Below, one piece after another: positions 1 to 13,859 of a DNA stretch of 64,000 nt. The stretch is taken from NCBI GenBank assembly GCA_964016885.1, contig OZ024762.1, forward strand, positions 14,818,001 through 14,882,000, given 5' to 3'. The notes below the pieces were generated by a model that saw only the letters and a program-made list of their open reading frames with translations, ran no database searches and was not told where the DNA came from. How positions within the stretch are numbered: the first letter of the stretch is position 1; each line of letters begins with the position of its first letter. The position numbers and the translations under genes are program-made. Source of the stretch: Eledone cirrhosa. Lineage: Eukaryota.

Positions 1-30
1 ATATATATACACACATATATATATATATAT

Positions 31-88
<58 letters not shown>

Positions 89-116
89 TATACATATATA
101 TACAATAAATATATCC

Positions 117-149
<33 letters not shown>

Positions 150-491
150 TAAATATATCCATATATATAAATACACAAATATATATATACAGGGTGTCCC
201 CAAAAATTGTATACACAAAGGCTGTGCATTCTAATAAATATTGCCTGTGCAGGTCATCAAGTATACGTATGTATACACATATATATTATCATATATATAT
301 ATATATATATATGTATAGTAATACACATACATACATACATGTGTGTGTTTGGTCCTCCGTCGTTTCCAACTACGAGTGTTCCAGTTGAAATGATCAATGG
401 AACAGCCATCTCATGAAATTAACGTGCAAGTGGCTGAGCATTCCACAGACGCGAGTGGCTTTATATCCTTAACGTAGTTTTCAGTGAGGTT

Positions 492-1165
492 GTATCTCCA
501 GTTAGGTTTCTAGGGTGTCTTAATGATTGGCGACCCCAGTCCTATATCATGTTGTCGCTACAGTTCACATGTACGCAGGTTTAGCTGGGCCCATACAAGA
601 AGTATCTTACAGGAGGTTTCTGGGGGTGTTTTAACGATTAGCGGCCCCAGTCCTATCATGTTGTCGCTACAGTTCACATGTACGCAGGTTTAGCTGGGCC
701 CATACAAGAAGTATCTTACAGGAGGTTTCTGGGGGTGTTTTAACGATTAGCGGCCCCAGTCCTATCATGTTGTTGTTACAGCTCGCATTTACGTAGGTTT
801 AGCTGGTCCCATACAAGTTTACACCTCATAGGAGGTTTCTAGGGTGTCTTAATGATTGGCGAGCTCGGTCCTATCATGTTGTTGTTACAGCTCACACTTA
901 CGTAGGTTTAGCTGCCCCCATACAAGTTTACACCTCATAGGAGGTTTCTTGGGTGTTTTAATGATAGAGACCCCAGTGTGTCGCTACCCACGGGCTTTAG
1001 CTGGTCTCCGACGAAGTTATACCTCATAAGGGGTTTCTTTTGGTATTTTAAAGATTAGAGGCCCCAGTGTTGTCGTTACAGCTCACACCTATGGGGTTTA
1101 GCTGGTCTCCCACGAAGTTTTATCTCATGCGGGGTTTCTTGGGTATGTTAATGATAGATACCCCA
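492..1165. repeat. Tandem repeat, about 110-bp unit, about 6 copies
   Basis: GGTTTC anchors at 505, 615, 724, 834, 943, 1032 and 1133. Confidence 0.9.
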
Positions 1166-1575
1166 ACAGTTCTTGTCATATCACGGAAAACAACGAACAT
1201 AACAAAGAACATAACACGCCACCCTCTCCAGTAATCGAACGCAACCATATGATCGTGACAGTCCACATCCAAACTGCTGGGCCATATACGAAAATTTTGT
1301 GCTCTTTAGAAAGCTAAAAATATTTTAGAAACCTTCTCTTTGGAATAGTATGGTGTGATACTGAGGATAGAAGCGATTCGAAGAACCGGACCAAGGAAAC
1401 GAGGTTTCCATTGGTCTTTCTGCATTTGAACCAAAAGGAACTCAAAGCTCGGAATCAAGTACAGCAAGTCATAACATCAGATTCTTTCGCAATTCCGTTA
1501 ATCTACCGTTTAAGAAGGATTTCATGGTACGGACCTCCATCTGTTTCGGCGGGGAGTGTTCCAGAACAATACTTA

Positions 1576-1637
<62 letters not shown>

Positions 1638-1997
1638 TGTGTGTACTACTCGTGAAATGAACTTTAAGTGGTTGAGCATTAAACACAGACACGTGTCCCT
1701 CTTAATGTAATTCTCAGGGAGACTCAGTGTGACACTGTCTATGACAAGGCTGGCTGGTCCCTTTCAATTACAGACGCAACCCATCCGACGGACTTCCAAA
1801 CAGTTTCCGTCTACCAAATTTCACTCACAAGGGCATAGAGCAACTTAAAGCTATGTTAAAAGAAACTTGCCCAAGATGTCACGCAGTGAGACCGAACTCG
1901 GGACCTCATTATTGGGGGGAGGGGGTGCGTCTCTGTATATGTGCGTGTTTGCATCTTTATATATGTGTGTATGTGTGTGTGTGTGTGCGCATGCGAT

Positions 1998-2285
1998 GGA
2001 TCTCCGTTATGACGACGAGTGTTCCAGTTGATTCCATCAACGGAACAGCCTGCTCCATTCCACAGACACGGGTACCACGCATGAAGGTATATAGACCTCA
2101 GGGAGATTCGGTGTAACACACTCTCCCATAAACAGATATCTTTGAATTTACAAGTACAACTGATAATAAGTAAACTAGAGCAACATGAAATAAAAATAAA
2201 GGAACTTGCTCAAGGACACAATGCAGAGTGTCGAAACGACGACCTTACGAACCTAAACAGAACAACTTAACCACTGAGCTATGCA
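1998..2285 (-). mobile_element. Second tRNA-derived SINE family (CORE-like)
   Basis: Minus strand TAGCTCAGTGGTTAAG..GTTTCGACAC..GTGTCCTTGAGCAAG. Related pieces at 348-490, 1646-1790 and 21768-21860(+). Confidence 0.65.
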
Positions 2286-2479
2286 GCTTTATATTCTATT
2301 AATCTTTTACTTGTTTCAAACATGAGGTTATGACCAGGTCGTAAATCTGGTACTCGTCTCATCGAAGCGGACTTAAACATAAACACAGACACCCCTCACC
2401 CCCACACACAGATATATATATATATTTTTTATTTCATTTCATTTTATTTTGATCATGCTTTATTTTTATTTTTAATTTA

Positions 2480-2689
2480 ATTCGCACCGTTTCCTCCCAC
2501 CCCCTTTTCGCTATATGTCTCTCCACCACTCCCCTACACACCCTTTGAACTCTCTTCCCACACACTTCTCACCTGAGGAAGGGCTTATGCCCGAAACGTC
2601 GTTCCCCACCGCCACCCCACTCTCCAGAGCGTGAAATTAATAAACGTTCGTTGTACTGCCTCTCTGTTTTGTTCCTATTCAAATTTGCC

Positions 2690-2692
<3 letters not shown>
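2480..2692 (+). mobile_element. Solo PLE-type pseudo-LTR with minimal HHR (family G)
   Basis: CTGAGGA-A-GGGC-TTAT-GCCC-GAAACGTC at 2573-2600 (ACGT palindromic stem III), followed by AATAAA and (TA)n. Homolog at 5084-5292. Confidence 0.75.
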
Positions 2693-2738
<46 letters not shown>

Positions 2739-2808
2739 GCATACGTTCATACACAAACATTAACATATATATATACATATGCATACACACACAAATATAT
2801 ATATATAT

Positions 2809-2993
2809 AGTTTTAATATAGATGAGATTCTACAGGACTAGAACTGTTTCATTCTTTAGAAATCATCAGGAATTTCTAAAGAATGAAACAGTTCTAGTCC
2901 TGTAGAATCTCATCTATATTAAAACTGTTATACTCTGCAATGTATTGAGTACCTTACTTACTGTGGTTACCTCCGATTCAACCCGGAATAACG
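2809..2993. mobile_element. Fold-back HHR mini-element, family A
   Basis: 55-bp perfect inverted arms 2809-2863/2872-2926. Complete HHR on the minus strand 2827-2873 (ATTC CTGATGA TTTCTAAAGAAT GAAACAG..CTGTA GAAT). Tail to 2993; flanked by (TA)n. Confidence 0.8.
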
Positions 2994-3004
2994 TATATAT
3001 ATAA

Positions 3005-3123
<119 letters not shown>

Positions 3124-3264
3124 CAAATGCATACATACACATAAATAAATACATATACACATGCATATACACACATAAATATATATGTATACATACACAC
3201 ATAAATATATATATACATATACACACATAAATATACATATACATATGCTTACATGTACACATAA

Positions 3265-3333
<69 letters not shown>

Positions 3334-3334
3334 A

Positions 3335-3425
3335 TGTAGAAGCCATTTCAATATTAAATTTGTTGTATACACTCCACTAATGTATTGAGTACCTTGCTGT
3401 GGTTACCCCACTGAAACTAGGACTA
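3335..3425 (+). mobile_element. Family A tail fragment
   Basis: TGTAGAAGCCATTTC...TGTATTGAGTACCTT...GTGGTTACC matches the family A 3' part. Confidence 0.65.
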
Positions 3426-3657
3426 TATATACATTTATGTATATATATATATATATATGTGTGTGTATGTATGTATGTATGTACGTGTGTGTGTGTGTGT
3501 GTGTGTATGTGTGTGTGTGTGTGTGTGTGTACGTATGTATGTATGTATGTATGTATGTATGTATGTATGTATGTACGTATGTATGTATGTACGTATGTAT
3601 GTATGTATGTATGTATGTATGTATATATGTATGTATGTACGTATATATGTATGTATG

Positions 3658-3691
<34 letters not shown>

Positions 3692-4657
3692 TGTATTAAA
3701 GTTCATACATATAACAAGAATACGCGATCTTTGGGTTATCCAGGGATGTCCAGTTATGGCTTCCACTATACAGGGAACTTTAATATAAACTAAATAAGTT
3801 CTCTTTGTATTAGCTTGAGCATTTTCTCCTTTTGTCCTACACCAGGGTTTCCAAAACCTTTTCAAATGCAGAACCCTTTTTGATTCAGAAACTTTTGGGG
3901 GGAACCCTAAAGTCTAATACTGTTATATGGTCGCAATATAAATATATTCCTTCACCTTTTTTCACGGAACCCAGGCACTCCTTGGGACCCACTGCCTTAC
4001 ACCAACGAATATCCTGCATATACATATATATATATATAGGACGGGTTTCTGCAGTTTCCGTTTCGCAAACGTAGCAAGCATTTGCTGAAGGTGCCGCGTA
4101 GAGTGAAAGGACCCAGAACCGCGGAAGAAGCACTTTGATCCACAAAACTACGCATGCAATAAATCCCTAAATCTAGTGAGGCTTTGTTTTAGATAGTCAG
4201 AATCATAACTAAAGCATAACAGAACTAAGAGGAGGGTAACTTCCACAAACACCCCGGGAGTATCTTCTTAGTATACCTGAATATAATTTTGTATAAACGA
4301 AGCAATGTAAAACTATCGAGGACCTCAGATGGTACCACCCCGTTTCCAGCCTCTAGCCATCCGCTGCATGTGCAGGTATAGACATGTCCCCCACAACCCG
4401 CCAAATCATCCTACAAGGGCCTTACAATCGTTCGATGCATCAGCTACAGACTGAAAAGGGCCTCGCGGCTTCCTCTCTTTACTTTATGAACCCAAAACTT
4501 ATGGTGGACTCTAATTAACATCGCCGTATTTATAAACGTTGTCTTGCATATTTTAAACATGGCGGAGCTCATCTTTCTGCCTCTCGGTCTCAATCCGGCT
4601 TGGATTCTTCAAGACAGTGACAGAGTGATAAATAAAGACAAAGAGAGTGGGATAGAG

Positions 4658-4698
<41 letters not shown>

Positions 4699-4788
4699 GA
4701 ATTGACCTCTGTACTTTATTTATCGACCTCGAGCAGAGAGCCGGAACGAATGCAATCCGACGTGTTAACAACTGCACACGCTCGCAAG

Positions 4789-4881
<93 letters not shown>

Positions 4882-4894
4882 TCTCTCTCTCTCG

Positions 4895-5049
4895 AGTTCA
4901 ATCGGGAGTACCCAAAGTAAAGTACACAATATATTAGTAGAGAGTAAACGACGAATTCAATATAGAAATGGCATCTACAGGACTAGAACTGTTTCATTCG
5001 AAGGAAATCATCAGGCTATTCTGGTGATTTCATTTCTATATCAAATTTG

Positions 5050-5052
<3 letters not shown>
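4895..5052 (-). mobile_element. Family A HHR element with a short inverted segment
   Basis: Minus strand CTGATGA TTTCCTTCGAAT GAAACAGTTCTAGTCCTGTA at about 4975-5014; short plus-strand piece 5031-5052. Confidence 0.7.
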
Positions 5053-5082
<30 letters not shown>

Positions 5083-5083
5083 A

Positions 5084-5292
5084 TGAAAAATTGAACAGGG
5101 ACAGAACAGAGAGGCAGTACAATAAATGTTTATTAAATTCACGCTCAGGAGAGTGGGGGGGGGGGTAGGGGGGGGACGACGTTTCGGGCATAAGCCCTTC
5201 TTCAGGTGAGAAGTGTGTGGGAACAGAGTTCAAAAGGTGTGTAGGAGAGTGGTGGAGAGACATATAGCGAAAGGAAACGGTGCGAATGAAAA
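5084..5292 (-). mobile_element. Solo PLE-type pseudo-LTR with minimal HHR (family G)
   Basis: Minus strand reads CTGAAGAAGGGCTTATGCCCGAAACGTC; aligns with 2480-2692. Confidence 0.75.
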
Positions 5293-5453
5293 ATTAACAA
5301 ATATATATATGTGTGTGTGGTGGACGACTGACAGAAAAGAGTCCTCAAAGTAGAGTCTTGATATTCATTAAATACTGAGTCATATAACTGGACTTTCACC
5401 TGTTTATCAGAGGGTCATCAGACAAGACTCACTATTTAGCCTTAATAAAATGA

Positions 5454-5498
<45 letters not shown>

Positions 5499-5501
<3 letters not shown>

Positions 5502-5745
5502 TGAGCATGGAGGATGAACGCTGGGTGAAGAAGTGCCTGCAAGTCCCAGTGGAGGGAAGACGCAGTAGAGGCGGACCAGGAAAAACATGGGTGGAGGTGG
5601 TGAGAGCAGACCTCAGATCGCTGAAGCTCACGGAGGAGATGACGAAGGACCGTGATGGGTGGAGAGATGCTGTGGTGAATAGGACCCGTCCAACCCTTGC
5701 AAGCAGGGAAATGCGGACGTAAAATGATGATGATGATGATGATGA

Positions 5746-5748
<3 letters not shown>
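5499..5748 (+). mobile_element. RTE-clade LINE 3' fragment
   Basis: [36 protein letters not shown]...DRDGWR (RTE C-terminal motifs), stop at 5720-5722, (GAT)n tail. Confidence 0.85.
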
Positions 5749-5826
<78 letters not shown>

Positions 5827-6098
5827 ATATAAATATGTATATATATACATATTTAAATACATATATGTATTCATATATACCTATGCATATATATATTACA
5901 TATATACCTATGCATATATATATACATGTACAAATATATATATATTTATACGTGTATATATATATATAGAAAGAGAGAGAGAGTTATATATACTTATACA
6001 TATGCATGTATAAATATATATATTTATACACATTCATATGCATATATTCATGGGTATATAGTCAGACACCGAGATGTATATAATATATATATAAATAT

Positions 6099-6136
<38 letters not shown>

Positions 6137-6180
6137 TATATACATCTCCTTGTCTGACTATATATAATATATATATATAT

Positions 6181-6250
<70 letters not shown>

Positions 6251-8282
6251 GTATATATATGTATATATATGTATATATAGACACACATATAATATACAGA
6301 TTTTGGGACTTTTTTTTTTTACAAATGTGAGAAATCGTTATTGCATTGTGTAGACACAACTGCAGTAGTGAGATGTGTGTGTTTATGTGATTGTGTGTGT
6401 GTTGTGTACGTGTGTGTGTGTGTGTGTGATTGTGTGTGTGTTGTGTGTGTAGATATTACTTGTAAAGAAATAGAGAGAGGGGGGGTAGCATGAAGTGGCG
6501 GTAGAGTAAAAAGGATAAGAATGAGAAGGAGGGAGTGGATTCAGGGGGGGGGGGGTAAAGTTTGAGTGAGTGTCAGTGAAAGGGGGGAGGGGAAAGAGAT
6601 AAGATGGAAGGAAGCGGAGAAGGAGGAGAAGGAGTACTGAAACTGTAAGCATTGTGGGGAGGAGGAGGAGGAGTAGTAGTAGAATGAGATAAAGAAAGAG
6701 TGGCGGGAGGAGTTGAGTGTGTGTGGGGGGATAAAGATGTAAAGAGAGAGGTGGAGCGGGAGGATGACAGCAACAGCTTAGTGAGCATAGAGAGAGAGAG
6801 AGAGAAATAGAGAAGAGGAGGGAATCAACTAGCGGGAGAGGGAGGAGAATCGGTTGAAGGAGGGGAGAGGAATAGAAGAAAAGATAGGGAAGGAGGGGGA
6901 AAGAAATAAGAGGGAGAGGGGGAAAGAAATAAGAGGGAGAGGGTGGAAGAGGAATAGATAAAAGATAGGGAGGAAGGGGAAGAGGGATAGATAAAAGATA
7001 GGGAGGAAGGGGAAGAGGGATAGATAAAAGATAGGGAGGGAGGGGAAGAGGGATAGATAAAAGAGAGGGAGGGAGGGGTTGAGGACTAGAAGAGAGGGAG
7101 GGTGGGAAAGAGGAAGAGGGTGGTGGTGGTGGTGGCGGGAAAAGAATGAAAACGAGACCCGTGAGAGCGGGGGTGGGGGTATTTAGAAGATAGAACTACA
7201 TAGAGAGAGAGAGGGGGGAGGAAAGGTGGCTGTACATGTGTGTATCTCTTTATGTATATGTGTATGTGTCTTTGTGAGTGTATGTATGTTTGTGCTTGTG
7301 TGTATGTATATGTGTGTGTGTGTATGTATGTGTACGTGTATTTATGTGTGTGTGTGTATTAATGTGTATGTGTCTTTGTGAGTGTATGTATGTATGTTTG
7401 TGCTTGTGTGTCTGTATGTGTGTTTGTGTGTATGTATATGTGTGTGTATGTATGTGTGTGTGTGTTTGTCTTATGTAGCAGACTTTTGGGCGCAGTATGT
7501 GTGCTGTGCTGTGTGTATGTGTGTGTTGTGCTCTGTGTGTGTATGTGTGTGCTGTGCTCTGTGTGTGTATGTGTGTGCTGTGCTCTGTGTGTGTATGTGT
7601 GTGCTGTGCTCTGTGTGTGTATGTGTGAGTGCAGTTGTAATTATATGGCGGTAATTCTACCTTCGCCTCTATACGAATATATATACACGATATATATATA
7701 CATAAACACACACACACACATATATATATATACCTACACACGTATATTTTTACATACACACACGCATATATATACACATACACACACACACACATATATA
7801 GATATATATATATATATAAATAAATGAATATAGGTACATAAGCATCATCATCATCGTCATAATTTGGCTAGAACTACTCACACACTGATTACGTATATGC
7901 GTGTACATGTGCGTGAGTGTGTTTGTGAATATTTTGGTGTATATGTGTATATGTGTGTCCATTGTAAATACGTGTGGCAAGCATTGTGTATATCTATTTG
8001 TCTTTACATGTACGTTTGAACACACACACAATATATATATATATGTGTGTATATATATATATATTTGTGATGATTTATATTGGTTTGATTTAGGCACAAG
8101 GCCAATAATTTGGGGGGGGGGGGGGGGGTAGTCAATTAAATTGTCACCAGTGTATTACTGGTACTTTATTTTATCGACCCCATAAGGATGAAAGGCAAAG
8201 TTAACCTCGGCGGGATTTGAACTCCGATCGTAAAGGGCCGCATATTATCATAAATGTTCGTGACAGAGCCTTTTCCTCACTA

Positions 8283-8311
<29 letters not shown>

Positions 8312-8313
<2 letters not shown>

Positions 8314-8510
8314 ACGAAGGAAATATGGTAAGGAACCAGGTGGACCATAACGCACCAAAGTACTCAATACTTAGGGTAGTAGAGTGGGTAATAGGAACGA
8401 GTAGGACCCCAACGGCTGAGCTCAAGCCGTTTCGACGGCTAATTCTGGACGCTTAGAATTAGCCGTCGAAACGGCTTGAGCTCAGCCGTCGGGGTCCTAC
8501 TCATTCCTAT
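8312..8510. mobile_element. Fold-back mini-element, family B (HHR 3' half)
   Basis: Inverted arms 8391-8446/8455-8510 containing GAAA-CGGC(T)TGAGCTCAGCCG-TC; unique tail 8312-8390. Confidence 0.75.
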
Positions 8511-9276
8511 ATATATATATATATGTAGATATATATATCTACATATATATATCTTGATATAAACGGAGAGGAATATTTGTAACAGCAGCTTATATTAAAA
8601 AAAAAAAATATGGGGGGAGAAGAGGGGGGCAACAGCCGCTACGGAGAATCGAACTCCGTAAGACTGTATTACCTGATCCAAACACTTTGAGTCGTGCCCA
8701 TACTGGGGCACCGCCATGTTGATATGAGTGTGTATGTGTGTGTATGAAAGCCGTTACCTGCATGAGCGCATAGCATTCTGATGCAAGCCTTAGATATGTG
8801 CACCGTTTTGACGAATGCAAAATACCAACAAAATCTGCCGATTTTTACAATAAAATCTTTCGTTTTTAAGAAAGACAACTGAAAAAATATGTTAATAAAT
8901 AAGGGGCTACATATATACTAGGTACCCCCTGTCTCTGGTACCCTGTTTTGGGTACATATATATATGTACCCTGCGTAAATTATGTGGCTTTGATTTTGAA
9001 AATTACATACACACAGGCTTCTTAAGTACCAGGAATCGCTTCTGTTAGGTGTGTGTGTATATGTATGCATTAGCGTCCATATTCTCAGAGAACGCAGCGC
9101 TTATATAATATGTATGTGTGTCTTGTACAAACATATACATACACATACACATGCACATACATACATAATACCTACGTGCATACACATTTACATACATGCA
9201 TACATACACACATATATATATATATATGTACGTACATGCACTTACTACATACACAATACCTACCTACGTACATACT

Positions 9277-9344
<68 letters not shown>

Positions 9345-9552
9345 GCTGCACACTTACATACATTCACACTAACATATATATACATATATATATATATATA
9401 TACATACATATATTCATGCACACGTACACATTTATACACACACACACACACTCGGTCTTCGAGAATCATAATGTCCGCGGTTTGTGTAAAGGCATGTTAT
9501 GTTTATTCGTGTATTATGTTATAATGGTTATAATGTATGTCTCGATATATTT

Positions 9553-9673
9553 GATTCCCGGGTTCAATCGGAGGTAACAACAGTAAGGAAGATACACTGA
9601 GGCATTCCTGATGATTTCCTTCGAATGAAACAGTTCTAATCCTGTAGAAGCCATTTCTATATTCAATTTGTTA
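9553..9673 (+). mobile_element. Family A HHR element preceded by an inverted tail
   Basis: GGCATTC CTGATGA TTTCCTTCGAAT GAAACAG TTCTAATC CTGTA GAAGCC at 9601-9652; 9553-9590 is the reverse complement of the family tail. Confidence 0.78.
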
Positions 9674-10006
9674 TATATATTATGTTATATGTGTTATATA
9701 TATTATGTTATATATATATATATATATAAGGCAAAACAAAATAACATGAGAATAATAACATGCTGGTATATAATAGTTGAACGCTTGATATAGTTGGGAG
9801 AGAGTCATATATATATATATATATATAGTGTGTGTGTATACAGATATATACATACGTACACATACGCACAAATGATCATAGTTATATATATATGTACATG
9901 AGTGTATGACATGTTTACAACGGGATGGAATAGATACAGGATTAGATAAGACAGCCTGACAAATCGATAGACACATCTTTACAAGAGAAGCACAGACAGG
10001 CAGAAG

Positions 10007-10064
<58 letters not shown>

Positions 10065-10112
10065 CACAGGGTGTCCCCCAAAAATGTATACACACATTTA
10101 TTAGAATGCTGT

Positions 10113-10148
<36 letters not shown>

Positions 10149-10415
10149 AAATATATATTTATGTTTCTTTTTGTGGTGACACCCTGTATATACACACACA
10201 CATGTATATATATATATATATATACACACAGAGTGTCCCCCAAAAATGTATACACACTTCAACAGCCGTGTGTATATATTAAAAAAAATGTTTTTTTTAA
10301 GGTTTCCCTTTAAAAATTTCTTTTTTTGTTTTGCTTCCGTTCGTTCTCTTGTCCTTTCTATATCTATATTATATATAGTGTCCCCAAAAAATGTATACAC
10401 ACTTCAACAGCCGTG

Positions 10416-10462
<47 letters not shown>

Positions 10463-10580
10463 CAAGAGAACGAACGGAAGCAAAACAAAAAAAAAGAAAT
10501 TTTAAGAGGAAACCTTAAAAAAAACATTAAAAAAAAAAAAATATATACAAAAGCCATATGTGTGTGTGTACGTATGTATG

Positions 10581-10613
<33 letters not shown>

Positions 10614-10989
10614 GAGAGATATGTGTGTGTACGTATGGAGTATATACATATATATATAAATGGAGGGTGGTGTATATATATATATATATATACACATATG
10701 TCTGTGTGCGTGTGTAATGGTTAAAGCAGACGAGATAAATATTAGATGAGATTATAGTTGAGATGAAAGACATGTATGTAAAGCTAAACGTTATATATAT
10801 ATATATATATATATCACTATATCACTATTACTATCACCATTACTACTACAAACACCAAATTGCTGGCCTTGTGCCTAAAGTAGACACAATCGTTAAGAAA
10901 CGATTATCATTACCATTGTTATTAGTAGTAGTATTATTATATACATACATCTGTACGCCTATCGTGTGTTTGTTCTTTGCTGGGTACAA

Positions 10990-11745
10990 TCACCAACCAT
11001 TTTCGGGCGAGGAGACGAATACGAGAGAAAAGTTGGACGAATCAAAATAAAACCCGAACACTGAAGAGATAGATAGACAGCTAGATAGAAGATAGTAGGG
11101 GGAGGAAGTGCGAGAGAGGGAGAGATACAGAGAGAGGGGGGCAGAAAGAGAGAGAGAAGGAGGGAGGGGGGCGAGACAGCGTGTGAAAGGGGGATGGAAG
11201 AACGAACAGCGCATGCGCACTGGCCACCATTTTCTGCACTCATGTACAAGTGGTATGAAGCGATGTATTTTATGTGTATGCGTATGCGTACGTGTACGTG
11301 TAAGTATGTATATGGAGGTGTATATATATATATATATATATATACCCCCATATATATATATATATATACGTGTGTAAGGGGTGTATGGATGGCTGCATGG
11401 ATGGATGAACAAGATGGAGTGGATAAGGCAGATAGATGTGTGATTGGAGGAAAAGGTGGCGGTGTTTTGTTATGCGGCGTAGCGGCATGGCGGCCGTGGT
11501 GGAGGCGGCGGTGGCGCAGCGGCGGCACGGAGGCCGTAGTGGTGGTGGCGGCGGCGGCGGCGTAGCGGCATGGAGGCCGTAGTGGCGGCGGCGTAGCTGC
11601 ATGGAGGCCGTAGCTGCGGCGGCGGCGGCGGCATAGCGGTATGTAGGCCGTAGTGGCGGCGACAGCGTAGCAGTAAGTTGGCCGTGGTGGCGACGGCGTA
11701 CTGCCGTGTCGACCGTGGTGGTGGCGACGATGACTGTGGTTCTAA
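10990..11745. promoter_or_regulatory. CpG-rich promoter-like region
   Basis: NRF1-type GCGCATGCGC at 11209-11218; YY1-like CCATTTT at 11227 and 10997; GGC/CpG-rich tract 11455-11745. Confidence 0.4.
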
Positions 11746-11798
11746 CTACGAATCCAACAGATCCTATCTCTCCTTTTCGCCTTTCTGCTCACCCCCCC

Positions 11799-11834
<36 letters not shown>

Positions 11835-11904
11835 CAGGATGTCCCCCAAAAAATGTATACATATATTTATTAGAATGCTGAAGTATGTATGTATATATGT
11901 GTAT

Positions 11905-11936
<32 letters not shown>

Positions 11937-12131
11937 GTATATGTATATATATATATATTTATATATATATTTTAAATACACTATATTTGTGTGTGTGTAT
12001 ATATATTTTTTGGAACACAATATTTGTGTGTATATATTTTTGGGGGACACTATATTTGTGTGTATGTTGTATATATATATATATATATATACAACATACA
12101 CACAAATATATATATATATATATATAGAAGA

Positions 12132-12408
12132 TCTATTTAAATTGTTGGGATACAACAAGCAAATATTTTTATAACTGATATAAAGCACTCAACAAATAAT
12201 TGAAGTAAAAATACGATATTAACACTATCCGGGAGCTTCCAACAGTAATGGTTGCATTCGTTAAGGGTATGTCAATATTTATTTATAAAACTGCTCTATA
12301 TTATATTTTGTCTGATGAAAGCACACCATAATTTAACTTGGTGTCTTTGAAATATGTATAATGAAATAAATATGGTTTTATAAATATAGTTTCCATTTGT
12401 TAATATCG

Positions 12409-12412
<4 letters not shown>
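12132..12412. mobile_element. Family C HHR element with inverted tail
   Basis: HHR 12304-12368 (+): TATTTTGT CTGATGA AAGCACACCA..TGGTGTCTTT GAAATATGTATA ATGAAATA. 12132-12223 is the reverse complement of the family tail. Confidence 0.78.
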
Positions 12413-12488
<76 letters not shown>

Positions 12489-12687
12489 GATGTCCCCCAA
12501 AAATGTATGCATATATTTATAGAATGCTGTTGAAGTATGTGTATATTTTTTTGCAACTCACTGTATATTTGTGTGTGTATATATGTTTTTGGAACACTAT
12601 ATTTGTGTGTTGCATAAATATATATGTATTTGTTAGAATGCTGTTTACATTTTTGAGGGACACTGTATATTTGTGTGTTTGGTGTTG

Positions 12688-12746
<59 letters not shown>

Positions 12747-13859
12747 GGTGTCCCCAAAAAATGTCTACACATTTATTAGAATGCTGCTGAAGAGTGTATA
12801 CATTTTTGGGGACACCCTATATATTTGTGTGTGTGTGTGTGTTGTATAAATATATATATGTCTGTATATATCTATATATGTGTTTTTTTATATATCAACT
12901 TATCTATCTATCCATCTATATATATGCATACACACACATTCACAGAGACACATACACACAGACACATACACAGACACATACATACACATACACACATACA
13001 GACACATACATACACATACACACACACACATTCACACATACACAGACACATACACACACATTCAGACACATACACACATACATACACACACACACATACA
13101 CACAGACACATACATACATACACACACACACACATATACACATACACAGACACATACACACATACACAGACACACACACACACATACACATACATACACA
13201 CAGACACATACACACACACACACACACAGCCAGTCCAACAGCCAGTCATGTCTATCTATCCAGAAATCTACCCACAAGTCTATCTACACGATTTACCCAC
13301 ATATCCGTCCCACCCATACATCTACCCACCTATATATCTATCTTTCTATCTCACTCTCCTATACATCCAACTACCCACCCGTTATCCACCTACCTATCTC
13401 ATCCACCTCTCTATACATCTAATATACATCTACCCACCTCTCTATCCATCTCTCTATACATCTAATATACATCTACCCACCTCTCTATCCATTTTACCCA
13501 CCTCTCTATCTATCTACCCACCTATACATGCAACTACCCGCCTATCTATGTATCCATCTTTCTATCTTATCCTCCAATCTATCCATCTACCCACCTTTCT
13601 AGCTATCTCACCCACCTTTCTATTTACCCCCACACATACATCTACCCGCCTATATATCTATCTACCCATCTATATTTCTATCTCACCCCCTCCCCCCAGC
13701 TATTTTTCTATTCATCTACCCAGCCATCTATCTATATATCCATCTAACTCACCCACCCACCCATCTATCTACCCACCTATATATATATAATTACCCACGC
13801 ATCTCGCTATCTATCCACCTGCCTATCTATCTATATACCCACCCACACATCCATCTACC

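Noticed and set aside
4558-4660. AAACATGGCGG start-like context (MAELIFLPLG...)
   Set aside because: Short, runs into (GA)n, no recognisable protein and no clear splice donor.
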